A stretch of DNA of 64,000 nucleotides from Octopus vulgaris (Eukaryota): the NCBI GenBank assembly GCA_951406725.2, contig OX597818.1, positions 102,052,001-102,116,000 on the forward strand, written 5' to 3'. Positions 1 through 13,091 of this stretch are shown one piece after another (position 1 is the stretch's first letter; each line of letters starts with the position of its first letter). The notes beneath the pieces are model-generated. The model ran no database searches. It was given only the letters and a program-made list of their open reading frames with translations, and was not told the origin of the DNA. The translations under genes and the position numbers were made by a program.

Positions 1-9
1 ACGCATGCT

Positions 10-71
<62 letters not shown>

Positions 72-200
72 CTTTATTTAAAGCAGCAGAAAATTCAACA
101 AAAGCTGTTACTCTGAGTTTCGCAAAAAACTGTCCGATGAACGACAACGCGAAACTCAGAGTAAAAGGTTTTGTTGAATTTTCTGCTGCTTTAAGTAAAG
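72..200. mobile_element. Inverted-repeat cassette (arms ~72-123 / 149-200), Penelope-like pseudo-LTR remnant
   Basis: ctttatttaaagcagcagaaaattcaacaaaagctgttactctgagtttcgc is nearly the reverse complement of gcgaaactcagagtaaaaggttttgttgaattttctgctgctttaagtaaag; lies between (CA)n/(TA)n tracts. Confidence 0.7.
130..168 (+). ncRNA. Hammerhead ribozyme-like motif, CCGAUGA core variant
   Basis: CTGT-CCGATGA-ACG ACAA CG-C-GAAAC-TCAGA-GTA; the opposite arm preserves GTA-ACAG, which would pair with CTGT (stem I). Confidence 0.45.
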
Positions 201-269
201 CATATTACTCTACCACTGGTATTTGAGTACTTTTTTTTCCTCCTTGTTTCACATTTATGTGTTTACTCC

Positions 270-270
<1 letters not shown>

Positions 271-358
<88 letters not shown>
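271..358. repeat. (TA)n microsatellite (one of many in the window)
   Basis: pure TA run. Confidence 0.95.
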
Positions 359-360
<2 letters not shown>

Positions 361-361
361 C

Positions 362-525
362 ACACAAACACTTTTTTTCTCTCCTTGTTTTTTCTGTGTC
401 CCTTTCTGTAGAAGAGCGTAGGCTCGAAATTTAAAAGACTTTTTTCTATTCCTGAGCGTTATACTAATACATGTGTTTGTTTTGTACACCACCTGTCTTC
501 GTCATTTGTTTTTTACGTAAACTCT

Positions 526-530
<5 letters not shown>
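362..530 (+). mobile_element. Short Penelope-like repeat flanked by (TA)n, carrying a hammerhead-like motif (402-438); sister copy inverted at 9545-9725
   Basis: ctttCTGTAGAaGAGCgtagGCTCGAAA; the rest (ctgagcgttatactaatacat...tgtacaccacctgtcttcgtc) matches the reverse complement of 9550-9720. Confidence 0.6.
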
Positions 531-602
<72 letters not shown>

Positions 603-1544
603 GCATGTATATATAGACAAATACAGGCACGCGGAATAACTTACGGGACAGATATTTAATTTATTGTAATTATCTCTACCGCTAGGTGGGTGTCAGAATT
701 ACTAACATGTGATTTAGAACAAATCCTCTGGCCGAGGGGAGATAATCTCAAAATTGATTTCAGTTTAGGGGACCGAGATTCTTTATATTTTGCTTCCGAA
801 ACATGATCCGTTGTTTTCATGTGGTCATTATAGACAAGACCTCAAAGAACATGTACATAATCACTCTGGACATGCGCGTTTCTTATTTGTTTCGGGGTGA
901 TCTGTGCACGTATATTTCGAGGAAATTGAACAAAACTAAGAAAACAAATCGAAAATATGATTGAACATTACAAAGTGGAGAAATAAATATTTATAACAGT
1001 ACGCTATTATGATTCTTCGATAGAATATGCCTATAGTGTCGGATAATTCTGTGTTGATTTCCGTTCTAATACCTTATCTTAGAAACACTATTACGCCCCA
1101 CAAACGACTAGAAATTTCTCACAAATACCGATTTACGCTTGACGGAGAACGATGCACGAATAAATCTCAAATACATTGCCATAATTATATTTCTGGTGGC
1201 CTTGAAACAGCCTTGCATGTTTCTGAAAAGTGAATTGAAGCGGAATTGGTTTGGAGACATAAATTTCAGTAAAATGAATTCCTCAACATTATATGTACCA
1301 TTGGAAGATAGCTTTTACTGATTGAAAAGGACGGTAGGAAGATTCGGTGCTACAACTATGCAAAAAGTAAGCATCTTAAAACTGCATTTCCTTAGGAAGA
1401 AATGGTAATCTTAAATGAAGGCTTCCACTAATATAAGTACTCTCAACAGAAATATCGGCGGCAAATACAATACTGCAGGGAACCACAATAATAGTAATTG
1501 TTGCACCAGCTACTGGGCTGGAAGCCAATGATAACCACACCAAC

Positions 1545-1628
1545 AACAACATGGTTCTGGGTTCAGTCCCACTGCGTGACACCTTCGGCAAGTGCCGTCT
1601 ACTAAAGCCTCGGGGCGACCAAAGCCTT
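1545..1628 (+). mobile_element. tRNA-derived SINE 5' fragment
   Basis: catggttctgggttcagtcccactgcgtgacaccttcggcaagtg (B-box-like), homologous to 5540-5690 and to the reverse complement of 52230-52310. Confidence 0.7.
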
Positions 1629-1629
1629 A

Positions 1630-2410
1630 TGATTATTCATTCGGTAATTTCTCTTTCTTTTGTGTGACTTGTGCCGTATCTTTTTTATTGACATTCCTAA
1701 GTATTTGTATATCTGAGTTCGGTCTAATTGTCTTATTTCATTTTTTTTTTATCTAGTATGATAGTATTACTCTTAACTAGTTTTCTTCTACTGACGGTTG
1801 CTTTGTCATATTTTCTGATCCGAATTTCATTTTTATTTCTTTGTTTCGTGTTTATTTCCATACTCTGTTTATTTTTTGCAGCATACACCTTTAGATCATC
1901 CATATACAACAGATGAATGATTGTCCTACCACAAGAGTTGTATCCACGACCAGTTGTGCTCAGCACGTCAGTCAAAGGTACAAAGAAATTGAAGAAAACG
2001 ACTCTCCCTGGAATATTCCCCTTCTAAAGGAAATGGCTTTAGTTTCTATGATTCCCTCTGCTGTCTGGAGTTGCAGCAATTTTAAATGTTATGTTTATTA
2101 ATTCCATTATTGTTGGGACTACCTTGTTCATGGCTAAAACTTTCAGGATCCACTTGAGTGGAATAAAGTTAGAAGTCTGTCGATAATCGATCCAAGCCAT
2201 GCTTGGACGCTTCTTTTTTTTTCTTTCTTCCATTTTGATGCTCTTAATCAATAACTGATGTTTCCAGCCATATGAACCCTTACATCAGCCTTTCTGCTCT
2301 TCTGGAATGAAATTGTTAGCTTGCAGATTGCTGCCCATTCTCTTCGAGCGATATCATTGCAGTTAATCCTGTAAAAGTTGTAGGGAGACATGTTACGAGG
2401 CTGTAGATTT
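1630..2410 (-). mobile_element. Degenerate reverse transcriptase of an RLE-type (R4/Dong/NeSL-like) non-LTR retrotransposon
   Basis: Translated motifs YSLVTCLPT, SMAWIDY..FIPLKWILKVL, HLLYMDDLKVYA, YKYLG across frameshifts; 5' end abuts AAT-rich repeats. Confidence 0.85.
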
Positions 2411-2413
2411 TGG

Positions 2414-2521
2414 TATTATCATTATTAGTGTTACTGTTATTGTTCTTCTTCTTCATTGTCATCTTATAATGATAATAATAATAATAATGATAATAATAAT
2501 ATTTATTATTATTATTATTAT

Positions 2522-2603
<82 letters not shown>

Positions 2604-2641
2604 TGTAGTAATAGTAGTAGCATCAGCAGCAGTAGTAGTGT

Positions 2642-2731
<90 letters not shown>

Positions 2732-2732
2732 C

Positions 2733-2800
<68 letters not shown>

Positions 2801-2942
2801 CCCCAAAACCGCAGAAATAGACTGCCAGAGTCGAATCGATATGTACCAGCGAATTACTGAGACCAATGCAAGCGACTGGCCCCCACTTCTTCAAAATTTG
2901 GCACCTACAGTAGAAACGCTTCTTCTTCTTCTTTTTCTTCTT

Positions 2943-3025
<83 letters not shown>

Positions 3026-3042
3026 CATCATCATCGTGATTA

Positions 3043-3073
<31 letters not shown>

Positions 3074-3150
3074 CATTATTATTATTATTATCCTTCTTCA
3101 TCTTCTTTATATAATATTTGTTATTACCATTGTAGTAGTAGTAGTGTTTC
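2414..3150. repeat. Compound trinucleotide microsatellite (AAT/TAG/CAG/CTT/ATT) with a short SINE-like insert at ~2801-2920
   Basis: direct reading. Confidence 0.9.
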
Positions 3151-3359
3151 TCCTAGCGGTGATGATGGTGATGAATTACACTTTGGAATACGTGATAAGA
3201 AAAAAAACGCTATTTTTTATTTCCCTTTTCACATCTTTCTAAACGTGTGTGTGTGTGTCTGTGTGTGACATGTCAAACCTACAAGACATTCACACATAAC
3301 CTTATTCTATGGCAGCTATATTAAATTACGTATACACAAATAACAAATATTTATATTGC

Positions 3360-3560
3360 CTTGTCCTTCAGATCCAGCACAGTCATGTCCGTGTGATTTT
3401 CATAGCTTTTCTTTTCAATCTTACAGAAACACGATTGCCATTCGGTATTGATATGTCAATCACACACATAATACCATCAATGTTATGGAAAACGATACGA
3501 AACTTGTTCTCTGTCGTATTGTGGTCTTTCCTAACGCAACATTTCCGTAGTTTGTCGAAC
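3360..3560 (-). mobile_element. Degenerate RLE endonuclease fragment of a non-LTR retrotransposon
   Basis: MCVIDISIPNGNRVSVR resembles KCFLIGVSIPADDNVSLK of the copy at 53.3 kb. Confidence 0.5.
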
Positions 3561-3917
3561 TTTTTTTCTATTGATATGAAGGACATTCAACTTATATAAG
3601 ACTTTACAATGTAAGCATGTGTCTTTATTCGTATTCATCAAGTTACAACACATGACAATTTGTGCATGTATATTTGCTACTCTTTGTTGATTAGATATAT
3701 TTGCTGTCCGAAAGTTGATACGGCGTATTATTATTATTTTTTTGGAAGTACATTTTTCTTCATTTGCAGGAATTTGACATTTCTTTCCATCATATTCCTC
3801 TCTATGAATAATTATTATTCAAACACAGTGGTGGGGTGCCAATTTAATCGATTGTGTCACTCACCATACATGCATGACTTACAACCTATGCCATGGATAA
3901 TAATAATAATGAATAGC

Positions 3918-3980
3918 AATGATGACGACGATGATGTTGATGACGATGATGAAGAGGATGATGATTATGACGATGATGAC

Positions 3981-4012
<32 letters not shown>

Positions 4013-4057
4013 CGATGGTGATGATGATGACGATGATGACGATGGTGACGATGATGG

Positions 4058-4101
<44 letters not shown>

Positions 4102-4208
4102 ATTATGATGATGATAATGATGATGATTATGACGACGACGATAATGATGGTGATGATTATGATGATGAAGATGATGATGATGATGATGATGATAATTACA
4201 ACAACAAC
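3918..4208. repeat. (GAT/GAC)n microsatellite
   Basis: direct reading. Confidence 0.95.
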
Positions 4209-5050
4209 AGCATTGTGAGACTGATGCACGTCAACAATAGCATTATGTGTGTCTTCAGGTAAAATAAATATTCCTTTCCGGTGGTAAATGGAGTAACTCT
4301 TAAAACTACCAAGCAACGTCTTACCATCATTTATAACTTTACTAACACCAATAATTGCCGAATTCAAATACATCTTCCTTGTGGTTAGCAAGGTAATCTA
4401 CAATAAAGGAAATAAAATGCTTCTTCAGGATTGTCACTAACCACACAATAATATTTGATTGTTGAGAAATGCATTTGACAGACTTTTCCATAGTTGCCTT
4501 GAGACATTCTTAGAATTCTATAAAACATTTCAGGTTGTTGGTAATCTAACCTCGAATTGTATGAAATCTTACGATTAATTCATAGACATGTACTATGCAC
4601 GCTCATGACACTGATTAAACTGCTGCGCTTTTCAATTTGATTCTCTATCACCTCAACATATTTCTGTGACCCTCATTATCCTGAGGACGCAGCTGATGAT
4701 CGAAAACATTGATACAGACATAGGGCATACAAATTATTCATTTCCTCTACATGAATGTTCAAGAGTTTATGACGAAAAGAAATCAACGGCCTTTAACTAT
4801 AGCAAAACGAATTCTTGAAGATGCTGAAATGACGTCTAACTGTCAGAAGTGTTCTAAGGCTATATTCTACAACAAAAGATTTGAAAAGGTATATCATACA
4901 GATAGACAAGACTTTCATAATTAAGGAATTACCTCCAGAAAAATAAATTTACAAATGTGTAAGTCTGAGAGGATGAGATGGCATTCAGCATCCACAAATG
5001 CGCAAAAAAAAAAAAATTAAAAGTGTTTTGATTGAGTTAGAGCTCTCCTA

Positions 5051-5097
<47 letters not shown>

Positions 5098-5537
5098 TAT
5101 TTCTGATGATATTATATAGTAACATTAGCTGTTGCTAATTTTTGTTATTTTGTGGTATTTCGCTCTTTCCTCCCGATAAATAGAAATACTTGATTAGATT
5201 CTTGCTTTATATTGTACCGCCCACTCCAGTTCTATTCCTATTTACTACCAGTGTCCAAGAACATAATAGGATTTATGTATCGTTACTATCTTACGTAAAC
5301 AATACCATAAGAAAATGGCTTCTCATATATTTTGCATATTTTTCTTCGTGCAGCGTAATTTCCTCCATATATCGTATCTTGTTATTGGATTAGTTGACTG
5401 ATTCAATTAACAGTAAACGTAATTCAACCATATTGATTAACTAGTTGAACTCAGGACCGATCTTATGTACCGCGAAGCAAATTGCCAAAAATTAACTTCA
5501 TTGCACTCTGCCGACATGTGATAATAATAAATATAGA

Positions 5538-6277
5538 CACAGGCGTGACTCTGTGGTAAGAAGCTTCGTTCTCTCACTGCCTTGCTCTGGGTTCAGACCC
5601 ACTACGAGATATATTAGGCAAGTCTTTTATTATAGTCTCGGGCCGACCAAAACCTTCGAAGTTGATCTGATAGACGGAAGCTAACCGTATGGATATATAT
5701 CTTTCGACAGAAAGATACACAGAAAAGAAAGCAAGGAGAGAAACAAGGAGAGAAAAAAAATGCGTGTAGGAGCTAACGATCTATCATGGCATTCTGACTT
5801 CGGGCAGAGGTCAGAGGTCAGACGCCAGAGGGACAGTAGGGGAGATAACAGGGTCAAATGACTTCCAAAACGAAGGTGTCCCCAACACGAAGGTGCGTGT
5901 GTGTATAAGAGAGTATGTATATGCGTGTGAAAGAGGGCTGGTGGTCTGGACTAGTGTATGTATGTATGTGTGGGTGTGGAGATGGGTGTGTGGGTGGTGT
6001 GTTGTGATGTGATATGTGTATGTATGTGTACGTGTGTGTGTGCGTGTGTGTGTGAGCGCGTGTCTCTGTGTCTGTGTTTGTCCCCCTCCACCGCTTGACA
6101 ACCGAAGGTGGTGTATTAACGTCCCTGTAACTTAGCAATTCGGCAAAAAAATATCATAGAATAAGGACTAGACTTCAAAAAATAATAAATCATAGTCCAT
6201 TTGTTCGACTAAAATCCTTCACATTGGCAACCTAGCATGGTCACAGTTAAATGACTGGTACAAGTGAGATAAAAGAT
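5538..6277 (+). mobile_element. tRNA-derived SINE with a nested insert (~5700-6050) in its central microsatellite
   Basis: 5' part ggcgtgactctgtggtaagaagctt...gggttcagacccact; 3' part gtctgtgtttgtcccc...cgcttgacaaccga...cagttaaatgactg..caagtgagataaaagat, both homologous to the SINE at 51890-52345. Confidence 0.7.
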
Positions 6278-6337
6278 GCTATACGCAATGACGATGAAAG
6301 CCATGTACATTTATACACTCATATATAAGCATGATGA

Positions 6338-6620
6338 CTGCGCACGACTCAGTGGTTACATCATCGATCGTACAATGGTAATGTTGTCAGTTCGATTCCT
6401 ATGCCGGGCTGTGTGTTTTGTTCTTGGGCAAGTAACTTTATGTCATAATGTTCCAACTGACTTAACTTTAGAAATGCTTTTCGACGTCACAAGTGCCATG
6501 TTGTGTCGATCGCTTTACCTTTCTTACCCTAGGAAAACATAGGTTGCGTGCAGTGGAGGGAAGGGTATGCATTTGCATCTGCTGATCTTCCACAAACAAA
6601 CCAGCACTGGCATGTTTCGA
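6338..6620 (+). mobile_element. Degenerate tRNA-derived SINE
   Basis: gactcagtggtta (A-box-like), gttcgattcc (B-box), tgtgttttgttcttgggcaagtaacttta. Confidence 0.55.
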
Positions 6621-6860
6621 AGGGGAACTTTCTATGTATAATTCTATTTTCATTCGTGATCAAAAGGAGTCCTTATTTTACTTTCATTTAGGTACAATCG
6701 TACATACCCATCTATTTCCATGATTGTCTTACTATCCTAACATCTATCCACCTCTCCATGAACGTCTATCTATCTATCTACTTATCTATGTATCTATCTA
6801 TCTAACTATTTATCTATATATCTATCTATCAAACTATTTACCTATCTATCTATCTGTCTG

Positions 6861-6902
<42 letters not shown>

Positions 6903-7950
6903 AAAGCATTCAATAGGGGACTAGTGGAGGGGACGTACGACGACGACCTCGGGGCGAACCTGGACGTCGACGAGGAATACCTGACCCGCCTGTTCGGGAC
7001 GACTTTCGGGCCAGGGCCCATGGACAACTTCCAGAGATCGCTGGCCTGGCAGTTCTACCGAGAAGCGCTACCCGTTCGGGATAAGCTCTACAGACACGGC
7101 TCGAGAAACACGGGGCCGACCTGCCCGAGATGCGGTCAGAGCGACGAAACCGTTCTGCACGCACTCGTGCAGTGTCCAATAATTTCCGACCTGTGGGCTT
7201 TTGTCGAACAACTGCTGTCACGTGTGGGACGAGTCGGTTTATCAGCTGAGTCTATCGTCAATATTGTCACGCCTCCTTCCTTCAAACGAGATGGAAGAGC
7301 TATTTTCATAATCCTTGTGGCTATGGCAAAAGAATGTATCTGGTGGACGCGTCTGAAAGGATTGGAGACAAACATTTTCCTCTCTGGTCAACCTCTCATC
7401 AACTTCTTCAAGTACCACTTGAAAAGGAAAGTGAGAGTAGAGAGGCAAGTTTTGTCTAGCGAATGTTTTAAAAAAAGATGGGTGAATGTAGCAAGGTTGG
7501 CCCGTATGAATGACAAAGCCACCTTGAGCATAATCCTATGAACCCAAAAATTGAAAACAGAGGGTTACCTACTTGCAAACAAATATGGTAACATATAACA
7601 ATATTGACCAAGGTTACCGTGGTCTTTTTCGTAGGCTTTTCTTCCCACGGATAAACCTTATCTGCTTTCCCCTTTAGACCATACATCATGACACTTTGAT
7701 ACACGATCACTATTGATCGTTTTTTTTCCTCTTTCCCTTTTTTTCCTCTTTTTTCTTCTTTTTTCATTTTTCTTTTCTTTTGTTCCTTTTCCTTTTTTTC
7801 TTTCCCCCCAACCTTTTACGATCGAAAACCTACGCCACTTTTTTTTTCTTTTGTTTTTTGTTTTTTTGATTTTCTTCATCCCCCAAAAGAAAAGCTCTAT
7901 CTTGTAATTTGTCCTATCCGTGTGCAACCCTGTGTGGCCAATAAAGAAAC
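6903..7950 (+). mobile_element. 5'-truncated Tx1/L1-like LINE 3' end (zf-RVT C-terminal domain, stop at 7541, T-rich 3' UTR) inserted in (TATC)n
   Basis: Open frame SLAWQFYREALPVRDKL..CPRCGQSDETVLHALVQC..LW..AKECIWWTR; AATAAA just before the resumed TATC repeat; (TATC)n on both sides (6765-6902, 7951-8165). Confidence 0.85.
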
Positions 7951-7981
7951 TTATCTATCTGTCTATCTATCTATCTATATG

Positions 7982-8018
<37 letters not shown>

Positions 8019-9460
8019 TTATCTATTTATCTATCTGTTTGTCTACCTATATGTTTGTCTACCTATATGTTTGTCTACCTATATGTTTGTCTCTCGATCT
8101 ATCTATATATCTATATATCTACCTACCTACCCATCTACCTACCTTCCTACATACTTATCTATCTATTGATTTCTTCCTTTATTACTATAAATGCATCCGT
8201 CGAAACACGCCTCCTACATATTTAAATTAATTGTTTATGTGTATGTTTAAGACCATATATACAGATAAGTTTTTCATCTGTTTGTGATTTCCTATTTATG
8301 AGTTTCTCCTTCCTTTTGGAATTGCCATCGCAAGTTTAAAATTTATTCCGCACATGAATTTCCTGATATTCTATATCCTAATCGATTGGACAATGTATAA
8401 ACCCTCTATTAAGTTCCAGTGCATTCATAAAAATTTGAAAGATTTTTATGTCTTTTTGTAAACAATAAAGATTTTATAACATATCAAATGAGATCCTTAT
8501 AAAGATGTTTCTGAGAAAAGCATGTTGATTGTAGCCTAATCATTAGCATCATATAATATTGTTATTATTTCGGAAATATTTGTTCCTGTTGCTCTGACAT
8601 TCCACTGCAGGTTAATACTTCGATGCTCTTGTTGCAAGCGAGTTAACCCGCAAAAACCTAAAATTAATCTACGTGCATATCTTCATATAAACACCTTTCT
8701 CTTTATTACAGTATTTCATTGTTTAACACAATGCGTCCTTCCTTTTGTTGCAGAATTTCATTGATGAACAATTATACAATTATATAGCCTATAGCTATCA
8801 AGAAAGGCGGCGCGATTGAAACATCCTTTTATAACCATTTTATTTTCGCTATGGCAGTTAATTTTCTTGGGAAGCATAAAGAATGCCTTACCACTTAGCT
8901 GTTTTTTTAAATATGACATCGTGCCGAAAGATAAAATAATCAATATCTTTTCCTTTGTATAATATTTATTCATTTTATTTGGAATAGAAATAAAGGATTA
9001 ATCTGAATTTTATGAAAATTTAACATTTAATTTTCTAAATAAATTTTAAGCTGCATATTCCTAGTAATTACGAATGGATTCAGTGAGGTTCATGTATGTT
9101 TTACAACGTCATTTCGCTTGTTAATGGGCTGAATTTCACAAAACGGCATTTCCTTTCCGATAAATTTACGATATTGTACCCTTAATTAATATTTCAATTT
9201 GATTCATTTTAATAAAACATTTTGCTTTCAACTATGCACATTTCCTTTAAAACTCATGTTAGGTTAAACCTGATTAATTAACTTATAGAAATATTAAAAC
9301 TATATTAGCACAATAGATATTACTGTTTATTCTCAATTAGGTGTGTGTGCCATGTAGTAACTTACTTTTAATCGCTGATGTATAAAATCTAGAATCGCAC
9401 AGACGAATTGTTACACTTACTTCACGCAATATGAAACATTCTTAATCAAAGATATTCAAG

Positions 9461-9505
<45 letters not shown>

Positions 9506-9544
9506 TTACATTCATATATACATACATACATACATATATATATA

Positions 9545-9725
9545 TAAAGGGAAAGTTTATGAAAATAAACAAAAGACGAAGACAGGTGGTGTACAAAACA
9601 AACAGATGTATTAGTATAGCGCTCAGGAATAGTAAAAGTATTTTACGTTTCGACCATACGCTCTTCTACAGAAAGGTACACAGAAAAAAGGAGAGAAACA
9701 AGGAGAGAAAAAAATGTGTGTAGTG
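9545..9725 (-). mobile_element. Penelope-like short repeat with hammerhead-like motif (9641-9675), same family as 362-530
   Basis: reverse complement ctttCTGTAGAagagcgtatggtcGAAACGTAaaa; flanked by TA tracts. Confidence 0.6.
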
Positions 9726-9726
9726 G

Positions 9727-9763
<37 letters not shown>

Positions 9764-9862
9764 TAATCCAAACATGAAAACACAAAGAGAAAACACAACA
9801 ACGCGAGGACGTGGAACAAGTATAGTATTATTGAACGCTCAGGAAAGAAAGAAAGAAGGAAG

Positions 9863-9897
9863 GTTTAACGTTTCGAGCGGCGTTCTTCCTCAGAAAC
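9863..9897 (-). ncRNA. Minimal type I hammerhead ribozyme motif (Penelope-type) within a repeat at ~9760-9970
   Basis: reverse complement GTTT-CTGAGGA-A-GAAC GCC GCTC-GAAAC-GTT-AAAC: canonical core, stem I GTTT/AAAC, palindromic ACGU stem III, one mismatch in stem II. Confidence 0.6.
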
Positions 9898-10149
9898 ATA
9901 GGAAAAGGAAAGATCCAAAGCAGGGAAGACGGAGGGATAAAAATTGCGAACTGTACACACGCGGTCACAATGCGTACATATATAATGTGTGTGTGTTACA
10001 CATGTAGCTTTTAATCATTCTCATTCACTTACAGTTTTATTGAAGTGGTACTTTATATTTGTTTTCACATGCCTCTGTGTTTTGGAACACATTGGCCAGC
10101 AATTTGACCCCATATCTTTCGTTTGATTGCATTGGTTTCTGCATCAGGT

Positions 10150-10830
10150 GGCGTAATATTTGCCTCCACCTTGAAGATCTTGCGTCACACAGTTGTCGGT
10201 TCAACTTTCTATTTTTAATCGCTGAGTATATCCACCTGAAATATGTTTTAGCTTCGCCCTGTTCTGGCAACTGGAAAATCTTACCTGATAGCTTTGATCT
10301 TACTTCTGTGACGATTTCGTTTATAGGCCATGTGGTTACTTTATTGATTATATGAGGATGCCCGTACACCTGCTGTGGAAGAATACTTTCTTTAGTAAAT
10401 TGTTCCGCTGTTCTGTCATTGGGAAATATTTATTATACCAACATATATTTCTGTTTAGGTCAACGGTGTATGACAAGTTAGTGCCCATTCTTGGAATACG
10501 GAACGGCTTTGTGAATCGCATGTTTGACGTCAGTTTCATTATTATCATTATTAATAATAATACTACCAGGTCGAATCTCTCTAATCTCTCGATATTTTGC
10601 TGATTGGTCTTTATAACCGTTGTTGTTCGACAATCATTCATTGTAACGTTTATTGTTTCGCTTGTCTCCACAATAATTTTCGGAACAATCTTTCCAGGAT
10701 TTTTTTCCGATTCCTAATGTGAGCAGTTCTAGATTTACGTAATTGTCGGAGTGCAGGGCAATGTCATTAGCAAACGCCATGCTTTTATGATTGCAGTTGA
10801 TAGATCGGATATGCGTTGAATTTTGTAATG
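10150..10830 (-). mobile_element. Highly degenerate LINE (RTE-like) reverse transcriptase and C-terminal region
   Basis: minus-strand AFANDIALHSDN corresponds to the xFADDIAL motif, followed by QNIERLERF, LKKVFFHS..GILI and GEAKTY. Confidence 0.6.
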
Positions 10831-11211
10831 TATACTGTGTTTTATAAGATACATATCATAGGAATAATTTGTGCAGATGAAACGTTAATGCTGCAGCAAA
10901 ACCATGTATATTAAAGGTCACAAGATTTGGGGGCAGCAAATAAATATTATTTAGATATGCTGCTTCAAAATTGAGTATGAATATGCAGAACTGCATATAT
11001 AGTTACTGTCCCAATACTAAACACTTTGTCTGAGAGTGAGAGAGAGAGAGTGAGAGAGATAGGAAGTGTGGGTGAGAGAGATAGAGAAAGATAAAAAGTG
11101 AGAGAGGATGAGGGGCAGAGTTTGAGTCTGCTCAGGATCAAACACTAACCACAAGCTCGATAAGGAGTGTGTAGCCCAGGGGAAAGAAATAAGTGGAGAA
11201 GGAAGTCAAGG

Positions 11212-11515
11212 GGCATGGCTCAGTGTTTAGAGCCTCGGACTGAGCTGTTGTGTGCTCTTGAGCAAGACACAATATTTCACGTTGCTCTAGTTTACTCAGC
11301 TGTAGAAATGCGTCACGCAACGTCACTGGTGCTAAGTTATCAGCATTTGCCTTGGATAATATCGTTGACGTGGAGTGGGGAGACTGGTATCCATGGACGA
11401 CCGCCTGATTTATTCGGATTTGTGCGTCGAAGCGGAACTTTGTAGGTGCAATCCCAAGATCAATCATGACTGAACAAGTTCTAAATATAGAAGAAAGTTG
11501 GGAAGCGTTACGAGA
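11212..11515 (+). mobile_element. tRNA-derived SINE
   Basis: ggcatggctcagtgtttagagcctcggact head; tgtgctcttgagcaagacac...tttcacgttgctctagtttactcagctg is shared with the reverse complement of 43280-43410. Confidence 0.7.
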
Positions 11516-11609
11516 TAGATCATGAATGCCTGTGAAATGCATGCGCAGAGAGAATATAAGACTCATTATGATAAAGTATGCTTACATCTCCACTGAAATC
11601 TATATTTTT

Positions 11610-12000
11610 AAACGCTGGGAAATGGTAATAACTCAAACCAGATGTCCTAGAAAAACCAGACTGTGAAACCCATGTGGGATTCTACAATCAAGAGAGTCGT
11701 CTTGAATACTGAAGTACAAGATGCAGTAAAGAGGTGTTTTTTTCATCAGGGTAGCTCGCCCAAGAGATCAAAATATCAACAATATAGAAAACGAGAAAAT
11801 TTAAAGCACGCAGATATGACGTCAGATTTTGAAAGAATGAGAAATATGAAAGACAAAATGGTAACATTTGGGATTGGAATACTTTGGTTATTGTCACGAA
11901 GCTCTGAGAAATACCTGGGCACAATAGGATTCTGTACCACCATCATGCTATAAGAGAAGACACCATTTTGTGAAACAGTATATCCTGCGAAATGTGCAGT
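11610..12000 (+). mobile_element. Degenerate RLE endonuclease/C-terminus of a non-LTR retrotransposon
   Basis: KW..KPDVLE..MWDSTIK, KYQQY..RMRNMK..FGIGILWLLS.SSEKYLGTIG parallels the copies at 53-54 kb. Confidence 0.55.
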
Positions 12001-12700
12001 CTAGCTCTGGTTAAATATTTGCTAGGGTGTCAAATACACGATTCAGTGTTAGCATATTATTACTGTCTAAATGAAGGAATAATAATATTTTTTATTATAA
12101 TCCCTCGAATGTGAACGGGAATGAAGCCGCAATTTCCTAATAAAAATGCGCGTTGTTTATATTGAATTGTAGTTCTTTAAAGAAACAAATAGATTTATAC
12201 CATATAGTAGCTTACTAAATGCAAAATTAACAACGTGCAAACATGAATAATGTCACTCAAGTAAATAGCTTATATTTGCTTACAACACAAACATTCTGAA
12301 ATGAATATTTGCTGCACTTAAGAAAGAGAAGATTGTTCGAATATATGTACAAGCATATATTTAAAGCAATAAAAAGTGAATATCGTTCTTCATGTACGAG
12401 CATAATTATTTTCTTGTTCGCCTTCATATTCATAACTAAATATAGTTTCATATAATTACTTGTTATTATTCTAGTCTACTACATTTATTCTGAAACCTAC
12501 ATGCATATGTCTGTAGCAATCTATCTCTCTATCTCTCTATCTCTCTCTCTATCTATCTATCTAACATATTTATATAGATAGATACATGCATAGATACGTA
12601 ACACACATATACACATACATACATTGCGCGCACAAACATATAGATACCATTTATCGCCATCTTTCTTGCTCATTCTCTCAAATTCCTCTCTTTCTTCGTC

Positions 12701-12829
<129 letters not shown>

Positions 12830-13045
12830 ATATGTATACATATACGTGCGTGTGTGTGTGTGTATTTGTATATGAGCACACACGCCTACATTCGTTTATA
12901 TAATTAAAGAATTATTTATATACGAATGTATATTCATATATACTCTAACACACACACATAGGTATGTATACATATATTTATGCACAATTTTATATCCATA
13001 TACTTAGGTATATATGTAAGTATGAAAATATGTAAACTTATACAC

Positions 13046-13091
<46 letters not shown>

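Noticed and set aside
1100-1490. Possible old LINE RT remnant
   Set aside because: Only vague similarity and no diagnostic motif
2316-4391. Long ORFs with poly-S/T/L/D/I runs
   Set aside because: Translations of trinucleotide microsatellites with no coding context
4323-4396. Minus-strand candidate exon (tttattgtag|ATTACC..GATG|gtaaga)
   Set aside because: Isolated, with no recognisable peptide or partner exons
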